Positions 53,784 through 62,426 of a stretch of DNA of 64,000 bases are shown one piece after another. Origin of the DNA: a virus (lineage: Duplodnaviria; Caudoviricetes); the IMG/VR virus record IMGVR_UViG_3300005201_000042, positions 1 to 64,000 of that record. The stretch is one strand, 5' to 3'. Both the position numbers and the translations under genes were made by a program. Positions within the stretch are counted from its first letter, which is position 1, and every line of letters starts with the position of its first letter. The notes under the pieces were generated by a model. It made no database searches, was not told where the DNA came from, and worked only from the letters and a program-made list of their open reading frames with translations.

Positions 53784-56104
53784 TGGCTATTGAGCTTCCT
53801 TCTGGGGATTCTGGTACTAGAAATCTTCCTGTTCCTGTTGCACCCTCTTTTCCAGCAGGTCTTGGTGAAAGAGGTGTCTCGGCTTCCCCAAAAGTTAAAG
53901 ATGGTTTAGAGCCTATAATCATGTCAATGGATTTAATAAACGAGTCTATTGACATGATAGCTTCTGTTGTTTCTGAATCAGACATGAAGCAATTTTCTGT
54001 GTCAGATCTTGACAAGCTATTTCAAAAGTATCTCTCCAAGCAAGCTCTCTCTGACGCCATCACTTTAGCTTTTACGAAACAAAGTCCACCAGCAATAGAT
54101 TCTTCTTTACTGGTTCGGCAACAGGTAAAGGCTAATGAAGTGATTCAGAAACAACCGTCTGGCAGATTTGAAGATGTATTTTCTAAGCGGTCTTCGTCTT
54201 TAAAGAGTTCCAGTACTAAAAAAGGTGGATCTTTTGAAGATGGTTATAACAAAGTAGTTGACACTGCCTATACGACTACTCACGATCCTCTGAAGTTGCT
54301 TGATAAACTTATCCCAAGTCTTGCAGGCTTATTCAAGAAAGGTTCAAAAGAAAAATCAAATAAGAAAGAGTCTTTTTATGGGCAGGGGGATGTAGAAGAG
54401 GGGTCTTTTTACGGTTCTTTTGGCTCTCAGGCTTCAAAGTCTATAAGAAGCACTATGAGAAGCATCGAAGGTGTTTCGGACGTAGGAGGTTATTTTGCAG
54501 GAGGCAGACCTCTTGGTACTGCTACAGATCCTATTTATATATTAAATGCTAAAGAAGATGGGGTTACATCATCGAAGGATGATATTCAAGAGGAGGCAAT
54601 TAAGGTAGGTATTCAAGCAGATAAAACTTTAACAGATACTTTAGAAGATCCGGAGCAGTCTTCTTTTGCAAATTTTGTAACTGCTGGGGGTGATAGGAAA
54701 GGTTCTGGTTCAAAGAAAGATGGCAAAGAGAAAGATTCAGGTTGGAAAACAGTTTTAATTGTGGGTATGGTTCTAGCAGCTTTAGTAATTTTCAAAGATG
54801 TTGTTGAGAAGATATTTGACAAGGTTCTAATTCCTTTGGGTGAGATTTTGATTGATTTCTTACAGGCGTTAAAAGAACCTTTTATAGCATTTATTTCAGC
54901 TTTTCTTGATGTGGCTGTGGTAGTTTTTGGTATCATCAAGGATGTTCTGGAGGCAATAAAACCTTACTTAATTCAGATGGCAGAGGCATTCTGTAGCATA
55001 TTTGTTGTCTGGTTAGGCATTGTACAGGAAATTCTTTTAGCAGTTAAGCCTTATATAATTTCAATTGCAGAGGTTATTGCTGGTACTGTTTTGGTTGTCT
55101 TAACCATCATCAAAGATATTTTGGTGGCTATTGCACCCCATCTTATTTTTATTGCTGGTCTTTTTGGGGGTATTGCTGTAAAGATAGTGGGGGCTATTGA
55201 TAATGTTGTAAGTATAATAACTTATCCTCTTCGAATAATGGCAAAGATTTTGGATACGCTTGAGCCTCATATAATTAGAATTGCAAACTTTGTAGGTGGT
55301 GTTATAGCAGATTGGTTTGAGAATAATGAGGATAAGATAAAGTCAATAATGACCCATTTGTCAAATATAGCAAGTGGTGTAGCTCAAATTGTATCCTCGT
55401 TTTTAAGTGGTTTTGGGAAGCATTCAGAAGGTATAGGTGATGCTGTTGGAGGCATCCTTGAGAAAACTTTAACAAGTATCGACAGTTTTCTTGGTAAATT
55501 AACCCCTATTTTAGATAGAGTGTCAGATGGTCTTTTTTCAATAGCGGGGGTCTTTGCCAATATTTTTGGGGATGTAGGGAAGGCTGCAGGTGAATTAGGA
55601 AATAGGGCATGGAATGCTACAGGGGGACGGTTTCTAAGGTGGACAGGTCTTATTTCAGATGAAGATGAGTCAAGGTCATCAAGCTCTCCTGCCTCTTTTG
55701 AGGTTTTAAAGGATGTCTTAGGTATAGATTCTTCAAGCGATCAAATTGTTCTTTTACAAGGTATTCATAAAAATGTAGAGGTGATTGCAAATCTTTTATT
55801 TGAGGTTCATAAAGAGGTTGCCTCATCTATAATCAGTGCTAAGAAGTCTAACGATCTAATTATTTCTTCTGACGGTCAGATTTTTGAGCCTTCTCCTCAA
55901 GACTCTATCTTTGCAGTTAAGAACGGCAGTGTTTCTCTTCAACCTTCTTACCCTGTTTCCAGTGTTTCCGCCAATCCAAGTGTAGGCACAGAGTCAACTC
56001 AGAAGTCCCAGACTTCTAATGTGACAAATGTATATAATTCGTCTTCAAATGTGGATTTAAGTGGTATAAATCCTTTTTCTGAGTTTTGTCCTGTTGGGGT
56101 TTAA
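53783..56104 (+). CDS. tape measure protein
   Basis: long amphipathic/hydrophobic helical repeats; position. Confidence 0.78.
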   Translation: MAIELPSGDSGTRNLPVPVAPSFPAGLGERGVSASPKVKDGLEPIIMSMDLINESIDMIASVVSESDMKQFSVSDLDKLFQKYLSKQALSDAITLAFTKQSPPAIDSSLLVRQQVKANEVIQKQPSGRFEDVFSKRSSSLKSSSTKKGGSFEDGYNKVVDTAYTTTHDPLKLLDKLIPSLAGLFKKGSKEKSNKKESFYGQGDVEEGSFYGSFGSQASKSIRSTMRSIEGVSDVGGYFAGGRPLGTATDPIYILNAKEDGVTSSKDDIQEEAIKVGIQADKTLTDTLEDPEQSSFANFVTAGGDRKGSGSKKDGKEKDSGWKTVLIVGMVLAALVIFKDVVEKIFDKVLIPLGEILIDFLQALKEPFIAFISAFLDVAVVVFGIIKDVLEAIKPYLIQMAEAFCSIFVVWLGIVQEILLAVKPYIISIAEVIAGTVLVVLTIIKDILVAIAPHLIFIAGLFGGIAVKIVGAIDNVVSIITYPLRIMAKILDTLEPHIIRIANFVGGVIADWFENNEDKIKSIMTHLSNIASGVAQIVSSFLSGFGKHSEGIGDAVGGILEKTLTSIDSFLGKLTPILDRVSDGLFSIAGVFANIFGDVGKAAGELGNRAWNATGGRFLRWTGLISDEDESRSSSSPASFEVLKDVLGIDSSSDQIVLLQGIHKNVEVIANLLFEVHKEVASSIISAKKSNDLIISSDGQIFEPSPQDSIFAVKNGSVSLQPSYPVSSVSANPSVGTESTQKSQTSNVTNVYNSSSNVDLSGINPFSEFCPVGV

Positions 56105-56442
56105 CCCTTTCTAAGTGTCCATAGGTTTCCCATGGAGTCGTAAAGTTCTATATCTGGGTTCGGTGTGGCAACAGCAATAAGTATTAACGGTGCAAAGAAC
56201 ATAAGTAGTCCCACCACTGTTTTTTGAATGTCTCCGCTAAGGATTCCTACCCACGATCCGAGGAACCAAGCTGCAATGTACAAGAATCCTTTTGAGTTAA
56301 TAAATCTTATTGCACCTGTTTTAACCTCGTTTTCTATAATGATGCATATTATAAGCCAAATTAGTAAAGCAGCTACTGTCAGCACAACTACTTTCAAAAC
56401 CGCACCTAGTATGAACTTCCCGATATTTACAAGTACTTCCAT
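56101..56442 (-). CDS. membrane protein, sole minus-strand gene
   Basis: RBS GAAAGGAG, 3 hydrophobic segments, own promoter. Confidence 0.7.
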   Translation of the reverse strand: MEVLVNIGKFILGAVLKVVVLTVAALLIWLIICIIIENEVKTGAIRFINSKGFLYIAAWFLGSWVGILSGDIQKTVVGLLMFFAPLILIAVATPNPDIELYDSMGNLWTLRKG

Positions 56443-56464
56443 AGTTTCTCCTTTCTGTTTAATT

Positions 56465-56503
56465 ACTGTAGCATATGATAGAGGTATAAACAAGTGTCTA
56501 TAA
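56465..56503 (-). promoter_or_regulatory. early promoter family copy (minus)
   Basis: TTATAGACAC-TTGTTT-N17-TACAGT with extended TG. Confidence 0.7.
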
Positions 56504-56509
56504 GCTTAT

Positions 56510-56517
56510 TTTATATA
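56510..56517 (+). promoter_or_regulatory. late promoter motif TTTATATA
   Basis: 5 nt before ATG 56523. Confidence 0.65.
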
Positions 56518-56522
56518 TGTAC

Positions 56523-57377
56523 ATGGCTTTAGGTATGCTGTTAAGCGGTTTTTCTCCTATAACTCTTTATGACAGGTATACTCTTCCTTCAGAGAAGGCT
56601 TCTACGAATGCTTGTCAGGTGAGGATACACTGTCCAGGGAAGCAAAGAACAATTTATGCTATGTTATCAGAAGGGTTTGTTATCTCATCTAAATCTGAGT
56701 GGAAGAGTCTTTTTGGTAGTGGGGGCAGTGGTGTTGCTGGTGCTGATCTTGGAAAGGTTATAGGGATAATAGATAATTCTGCTCAGTTTATTGCTGGGTA
56801 TACTTTACGTCAACCTTATTTTGGACGTAAGTACTGGTGTGGTACAGACCCATTAAAGTTTTCTCTTACTTTTCAGTTTGTTTCTTTTTCCGATGCAAAA
56901 GCTGATGTGTATGACCCTATGGTAAGCTTGCTGTCTCTTCTTTATCCTCGAAAGAGTTCTTTAGATGAAACGGCTCATTTATTTGAGGCTTATTTTATTC
57001 CGGGACCCAACTTATTTTACAATGTTTCTTCAGGTTCCAATGGTGATGATGGAGATAGAGTTGAGATTACTATGGGGAATTTTTTGAGCTTTAAAGGTTG
57101 TTATATTAATTCTGTGTCTTTTCACGTGGAGAATTCATTTAGTACAGATGGTTATCCAAATTGTGTCAAGGCAGAGATGGCATTTGAAACTATGGACGTT
57201 GCTTTTGTGAATGGTGATGGAGCTTTTATGGAGAAAGGGTTTGGGGATGCTTCTGTGGATATTGGTGATGGGGTGGCTTCTCTTAAAGAGTTAGCTAATC
57301 ATTTGTTTGAGGAAGGGAAAAATCTGGTTACCAAGACAAAGGATGTACTTTCAGGTTTTTTGTCTTTAAAATTTTAA
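56523..57377 (+). CDS. baseplate/tail tube initiator-like protein
   Basis: PLKFSLTFQF, FKGCYINSVSF; position after TMP. Confidence 0.6.
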   Translation: MALGMLLSGFSPITLYDRYTLPSEKASTNACQVRIHCPGKQRTIYAMLSEGFVISSKSEWKSLFGSGGSGVAGADLGKVIGIIDNSAQFIAGYTLRQPYFGRKYWCGTDPLKFSLTFQFVSFSDAKADVYDPMVSLLSLLYPRKSSLDETAHLFEAYFIPGPNLFYNVSSGSNGDDGDRVEITMGNFLSFKGCYINSVSFHVENSFSTDGYPNCVKAEMAFETMDVAFVNGDGAFMEKGFGDASVDIGDGVASLKELANHLFEEGKNLVTKTKDVLSGFLSLKF

Positions 57378-57389
57378 ATAGGAGTTTAT

Positions 57390-57632
57390 ATGTTTTTAGC
57401 CTCTTCAACTCTTCCTTATTCACTTTATTTTTTAATGATTGATAAGATGTCTAATATAGACGGTGCCTTTTCTCATCGACCAGACAAGCTAATTTCTGTT
57501 CATTACGGAACTGATTTTTTTGCAGAAGCTTTTTGTAATGAGGCAAGTAATGTTTCTCCTATTTCTTTAGAAACAGGTACGAAGTATTTACTGCCTTCAA
57601 GGTTGTTCCAGAAACATTTTATGGGTGTTTAA
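57390..57632 (+). CDS. LysM/gp53-like baseplate protein
   Basis: RPDKLISVHYG...GTKYLLPS. Confidence 0.55.
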   Translation: MFLASSTLPYSLYFLMIDKMSNIDGAFSHRPDKLISVHYGTDFFAEAFCNEASNVSPISLETGTKYLLPSRLFQKHFMGV

Positions 57633-58451
57633 ATGGAGTCTCTTATTAATCTTGATGAAAATGCTAATCTAGTCACTAGAGCTTCCTTAACACAGGATTT
57701 TAGAGACGTACACTCTAAATGCTGGGTAGTTTTTTCTTTACCGGTTGACACATATTTTAGAGAGGGTTCTGGTTTTACTTGCTGGGGCACACAATGGGAG
57801 GCAATTTCTTATAAGAAGATTGCTGTCAATGAGGGAGTCTTTACTTACTCTGTTATTGGTTATCCTTTTGGTATTTCTTCTGTCGTGGCTTCAAAGCAGG
57901 TTTCTCTATCTAACCTAGCTAGAGATAGAGGTGTTTCATTTGATTCAAAGGTTTCAACAGATTTTAATTTTGAGTTTCCTCTTCGGAATCTTCCTCTTGG
58001 GGTTTTGCTTTATAAGTACAGGTATAATTCTATAGAGGTTAATGTATCTGATCCTGCACAAGCTTGGTTTATATTTTATGACGAGAGGGGTCTAGTTGGA
58101 CAGACTTACGCTTCTATGGCTCGAGGTGAGCTAAAGACGTATGATATGGATATGTGTCGTTTTATGGGTGGTTCTGTAAGTTTTGTGAGAGACTATCAGG
58201 CTACAGGTTACTTTCGAGACCACCCTCCGAGCAAGCATTCGTATAAGAGGTTAATTAGTTCATTTATTGGGGATAAGTTTGATGTCAAAGGAAGGTTTCC
58301 AGCTATGATTGGTTCCAGGTATAAGTTTTCAGGAGAAGAGGAAACTTTAGCTTCGAAGTATAATAAGTTAATTTTAGTGAGGCAGAAGTACGATTCAACG
58401 AAACTTCCTTTACCGTGGACGTTAACTTTTGGTCAATTGTTGGTAGGTTAA
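57633..58451 (+). CDS. baseplate hub-like protein
   Basis: position between LysM-like and spike genes. Confidence 0.45.
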   Translation: MESLINLDENANLVTRASLTQDFRDVHSKCWVVFSLPVDTYFREGSGFTCWGTQWEAISYKKIAVNEGVFTYSVIGYPFGISSVVASKQVSLSNLARDRGVSFDSKVSTDFNFEFPLRNLPLGVLLYKYRYNSIEVNVSDPAQAWFIFYDERGLVGQTYASMARGELKTYDMDMCRFMGGSVSFVRDYQATGYFRDHPPSKHSYKRLISSFIGDKFDVKGRFPAMIGSRYKFSGEEETLASKYNKLILVRQKYDSTKLPLPWTLTFGQLLVG

Positions 58452-58452
58452 T

Positions 58453-59199
58453 ATGGGAGGTGTTTTATGTAAGGGTGATCCTTCTGGTGTGGAGGCAACA
58501 GGTGTTTATCAGGGTGTTTTAGTTGAAGACATGATTGACACTGTTAAGAGGGTAAAGAAGCCTTTTATAGATGTTTTTATTGAGGGTATGTTTTTTAAAG
58601 ATGCTGATTATCCTCTTACGTATGTTCCAATGTTTAATATGGTTCTGCCTCTAAAAAAAGATCAAAAAGTGTTTGTATATTTTAATCAAGATAACCAGCG
58701 TTATCCTGTGTTGTGGAAGCTAGCAGATGAAGTAAGTAAAGAGTATATAGATAAATACGGGTTTCCTAAGGGTGGCTTGGTTTCCTTCCCTGATGCTGAG
58801 GATACCACTGAAGTAACAAAGTTTTCGGACTTCTGCTGGTTTATTGGCACAAAATCTTATGGAGTGTTTAACTGGGGTGAACAATGTGTTTTATTAAACA
58901 AAGATAGCATCATAACAAATGCTAGAGGCAGTTTGCAATATAAATCTGGAGGAGACTTTGTAGTTGAGTCTTTTAATGATATTATATTGAAGTCTACTGC
59001 AGGGAAGGTGACTTTAAATGGGACGGGTCAAGATTTAGGTTCAGTATTGTGTGATCTTGTTCAGCATCTTCTTACCTATCTTCCTACAGCTACTGTTGCT
59101 CTTCCTACAGGGTCTGTGTGCCCTGTTTATTCTCCAACGTTTATGTCTGACTTAAATTCTGTCTTAGGTAGTTTTCAAACAGGTTTCAAAGGTAGTTAA
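58453..59199 (+). CDS. baseplate central spike (gp5/gpV-like)
   Basis: OB-fold LPLKKDQKVFVYF...RYPV, followed by beta-helix repeats. Confidence 0.65.
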   Translation: MGGVLCKGDPSGVEATGVYQGVLVEDMIDTVKRVKKPFIDVFIEGMFFKDADYPLTYVPMFNMVLPLKKDQKVFVYFNQDNQRYPVLWKLADEVSKEYIDKYGFPKGGLVSFPDAEDTTEVTKFSDFCWFIGTKSYGVFNWGEQCVLLNKDSIITNARGSLQYKSGGDFVVESFNDIILKSTAGKVTLNGTGQDLGSVLCDLVQHLLTYLPTATVALPTGSVCPVYSPTFMSDLNSVLGSFQTGFKGS

Positions 59200-59326
59200 T
59201 TTTAATCATAATTTAGATTTTCGTGGGGGTGAGTGTGAAGGAACCAAAGATACTAACACATATGTAATCATAAAACAGAGTGTATTTATTACTAGAATAT
59301 TATTTATTAAAGTTAAGTGTCTTTCT

Positions 59327-59334
59327 TTTATATA
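59327..59334 (+). promoter_or_regulatory. late promoter motif TTTATATA
   Basis: 5 nt before ATG 59340. Confidence 0.65.
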
Positions 59335-59339
59335 TTGTT

Positions 59340-59603
59340 ATGGTCGAGTTCTCAGAAAACCTATCTAAGCGGTATGAAGGTGGTTCTGCCACTGTACAAC
59401 GTGCTTATTACAGGTTAGCTGTCAGGGTTGGTGAGATTCCTTATTTTGGTAGAGGTTTAGACCTACAAGATTTCCCTATTGGGGAAGATATATCAGGTGC
59501 TGTTCTTAGTGTTCTGTCTGATCTTAATGCAGATATTGATGTTTCTGGGGACAGAGTCTGTGTTGCAGGGGTTATGTTAGATGTTCCAAGAGGTTCCTTT
59601 TGA
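59340..59603 (+). CDS. baseplate wedge gp25-like
   Basis: GEIPYFGRGLDL; small size; position. Confidence 0.55.
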   Translation: MVEFSENLSKRYEGGSATVQRAYYRLAVRVGEIPYFGRGLDLQDFPIGEDISGAVLSVLSDLNADIDVSGDRVCVAGVMLDVPRGSF

Positions 59604-61786
59604 GTGACTTTTTAACGCATTTCAGGTCTTTTTTCTCTGATGAGGAGCGGGAGTCAGAGCTTTACAAGATTCTAGCCACCATTGGTGTAAATACTGAAAA
59701 AACAATTTTAGAAGAATTAAATGCTGAGGTACGCAGATCTTCTGAGGCTTCTATGTTTTCAGAAAACAAATTAAGGAGCTGGCTTGCTTTTTTCTTAACC
59801 CCTGTACGGAATGCTGTTTCTGCTACTGGTTTTGGTCGTGTTGTTCTTAACTCTATGAAAGATAGTAAAGATAATCTTGCTACTGTTTCTAAAGGGGCTA
59901 TTTTAATAGGGCGAAATGGTAAGGAGTATCAAATACAGAATGATCTTACCTTAGATTTAGGTTGTTCTACTCCATTCTCTTTTGTTCAGGGTACCGAGGT
60001 GGTTCTTGACCAGCCTTATTCAGAGTTTATTGCTATTCCTCTTGGGAGTAGTATGGTTGATCTGTCTTACACGAAGGTTTCATATTCAGGGGTTAGTGGG
60101 AGTGGTGTTATTCCTCAGGTAGCTACTTTTCCTTCTTACCCAAAAGATTTAGAAGAAGTTTTCCCTGATGTTAATGCTGCAGTTCATAATTTTGCAGGCG
60201 GTGTTGTAGGTTATACTTCTCTGTGGAATCCTTTATTAAAGAGTATGAAGTCACTGTGGGATGCTGTGGTAGGTGTTAGTGTTCGTCCACGTTCTGGTTT
60301 TTTTCCTTTTATTTTTAATAATACTTTATATATAAAGATTTTTCCAGGTGGAAACTCTGGTGATGTAGACTATGTTCCTTTTCCAGAAGGTCAAACTGTA
60401 CATATTTCATATTTGATTTCAGATGGGGCAGCTGGTAATCTTTCTCAAAACGAGTTGATGTCTTTTAGTGGAGACAGCAGTCCTAAAACTGAAGATAATG
60501 TGGACGTAGATGTCACTCTTTATAATGACGAAGCTATAAGTGGTGTTAATCCTCCCATCCAATCAGAATTAGTGAATAAACTAAGACAGCATTTCTTTGC
60601 ATCTACTCACATTTCGTCTATTCCAGAGTACTCTGCGTGGTTCTTATCTCAGGCAGGTATTGGTGATTGTTTAGTTGTTTCTGATTTTGAACGTTGGCGG
60701 TTATCTAATAGGAAGGATTTTACTGGTTTTGACTTGACTGGAGCTATGAGTGTTTATCTGGTACATGACAATGGTACTATTGTTATTCCTAGAACTCCGG
60801 CTGGTTATATTCCTTTTATAACCAATATAAACAACAGGCTAGTTTCTCTTATGGATGCTGCTTTCTTAGAATACAAGGAGCCTCGAGTATTCTGGCATTA
60901 TTTTGTAGTTCAGTTCAGAGCGGTTTCATCTGAGGTTGCTTTTATAGAACACGTGAAGGCGGCTTTACGAGATTTGTATTCTATTTTGTGGGTTCGGCAG
61001 AGTGGTTCCTCTCTATTTAGAGATTTAGACATGAATTTAATTACGGATGCCGTTAAGGGAAATTTTGATGTTTCTGGTCTTAGGATTACTCCTTATCATT
61101 ATTACGAGTATGTGTCTTCTCGTTTTGTTGGGGTTATTTCGGAAGGTTCTGAGGGTGAAGGTTCTGAGGGTGAAGGTTCTGAGGGTGAAGGTTCTGAGGG
61201 TGAAGGTTCTAAGTTTATGGTTTCAATCCCAATTTATTATGGAGAGAAGCCAGGGGGTTGGTACGAGTACTGGGAGGTTAATTCCGAAGGAGAGCTAGGG
61301 CATTATGAAAGGGTTAACGGTCTTTTAGATTTTAAAAACGGGGTTATTGACGAGGCTAATTTTATCCCAGGTTCTCCTTATGGTATCTATAAGGAGTTTA
61401 TTGAACTTGGAGGGAATGCTTGTAAGATATACCGTTACGAGGCAAGATTACTTTCTGAGGGTGACCCCTCTGCTGGCTGGGATTGGTCATCTTTATATCT
61501 TGATCCAAATCCTTTTGAGGCTGGGGTTAGGAAAAATGACAGTGTTACTTTTAATATCTGGAATTTGGCTCCAGGTGTTTTGAGGTGTTTTTGGGGAATA
61601 GCTAATGAGGGGTTAGTTCCTGTTGGGAATAACTTGTCTTCTGATTTTGGTATTAGGAAGCTTCCTAATATAATAGAGGTCTCTCAAGGTGGGAGTTTGT
61701 ATGTTGGAGCTATTCCTTCTACTGGACATCTTCCTTCTGGGACAACTTACTTTGGGGATTCAGTACGTTTTGAAAAATATTCTTAA
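59600..61786 (+). CDS. baseplate wedge gp6/J-like
   Basis: ISYLISDGAAGN, SGVNPP..EL; position. Confidence 0.7.
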   Translation: MSDFLTHFRSFFSDEERESELYKILATIGVNTEKTILEELNAEVRRSSEASMFSENKLRSWLAFFLTPVRNAVSATGFGRVVLNSMKDSKDNLATVSKGAILIGRNGKEYQIQNDLTLDLGCSTPFSFVQGTEVVLDQPYSEFIAIPLGSSMVDLSYTKVSYSGVSGSGVIPQVATFPSYPKDLEEVFPDVNAAVHNFAGGVVGYTSLWNPLLKSMKSLWDAVVGVSVRPRSGFFPFIFNNTLYIKIFPGGNSGDVDYVPFPEGQTVHISYLISDGAAGNLSQNELMSFSGDSSPKTEDNVDVDVTLYNDEAISGVNPPIQSELVNKLRQHFFASTHISSIPEYSAWFLSQAGIGDCLVVSDFERWRLSNRKDFTGFDLTGAMSVYLVHDNGTIVIPRTPAGYIPFITNINNRLVSLMDAAFLEYKEPRVFWHYFVVQFRAVSSEVAFIEHVKAALRDLYSILWVRQSGSSLFRDLDMNLITDAVKGNFDVSGLRITPYHYYEYVSSRFVGVISEGSEGEGSEGEGSEGEGSEGEGSKFMVSIPIYYGEKPGGWYEYWEVNSEGELGHYERVNGLLDFKNGVIDEANFIPGSPYGIYKEFIELGGNACKIYRYEARLLSEGDPSAGWDWSSLYLDPNPFEAGVRKNDSVTFNIWNLAPGVLRCFWGIANEGLVPVGNNLSSDFGIRKLPNIIEVSQGGSLYVGAIPSTGHLPSGTTYFGDSVRFEKYS
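61142..61210 (+). repeat. 15-bp tandem repeat x4.6 (EGSEG)n
   Basis: GAAGGTTCTGAGGGT exact repeats. Confidence 0.95.
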
Positions 61787-62402
61787 TTTTGAAAGAAACA
61801 TTGAAAAATATGTGTTAAAAAATACTCCTTCAAATCTTCCTGTAATATCTAAATATGTTGAATGTTACATGAAGGCGATGTTTAGGTCTGAGCTTATCAA
61901 TCAGTCTCTTAATAATTTAGAAGCTTGTTTTGGTGATGGTTTAGAGTCTTCTCAAGTTTTTGATAATGGTAAAAATGAATATGTAGAGACTTGGTCTGAG
62001 GGGGATTGTACACACTTTATTTTAAAAGATTTTTGTTCTATTGTAGGTTTTACTTACAAGCCAGAGTATAAAGAGGCTATCTTACGGTCATTTAATTTCA
62101 AAGGTATTCAATTTTATAGGTGGTTATTTTCTACATACTTAGAGGTTCCTATTCTCGATATTTATGTATCAAGGAGTGTTGAGGAGACAAGTTGGTCTGT
62201 TACCGATCCAGAAGATAAGTCAGCTTTCACAGATATTCCAGGAGCTTTCACGGATCTTTCTGTTCGTGGTTTCACATTGTTGAATATTATGTTTAGATCA
62301 AGAGATAAGGAAAAGGTTTTTACAAAGTTGAATAAATACAAGGATCTTTTTTCTATGGTTTTACCTGCACGTTTCTTTGTGAATTTTTTCTTTGGTGCTT
62401 AA
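61770..62402 (+). CDS. baseplate wedge gp7/I-like
   Basis: ends MVLPARFFV; start uncertain (TTG 61770). Confidence 0.5.
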   Translation: MKNILNFERNIEKYVLKNTPSNLPVISKYVECYMKAMFRSELINQSLNNLEACFGDGLESSQVFDNGKNEYVETWSEGDCTHFILKDFCSIVGFTYKPEYKEAILRSFNFKGIQFYRWLFSTYLEVPILDIYVSRSVEETSWSVTDPEDKSAFTDIPGAFTDLSVRGFTLLNIMFRSRDKEKVFTKLNKYKDLFSMVLPARFFVNFFFGA

Positions 62403-62426
62403 ATAGTATTGTTTTACATATATAGT

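Noticed and set aside
59200-59326. Short minus-strand ORF or ncRNA in the AT-rich gap
   Set aside because: Only about 21 codons, with no RBS, convincing promoter or structure
61142-61210. Similarity of the EGSEG repeat to the M13 gene III EGGGS linker (vector contamination)
   Set aside because: The unit differs (GAA vs GGC), it is in frame in a native gene, and no flanking M13 sequence is visible
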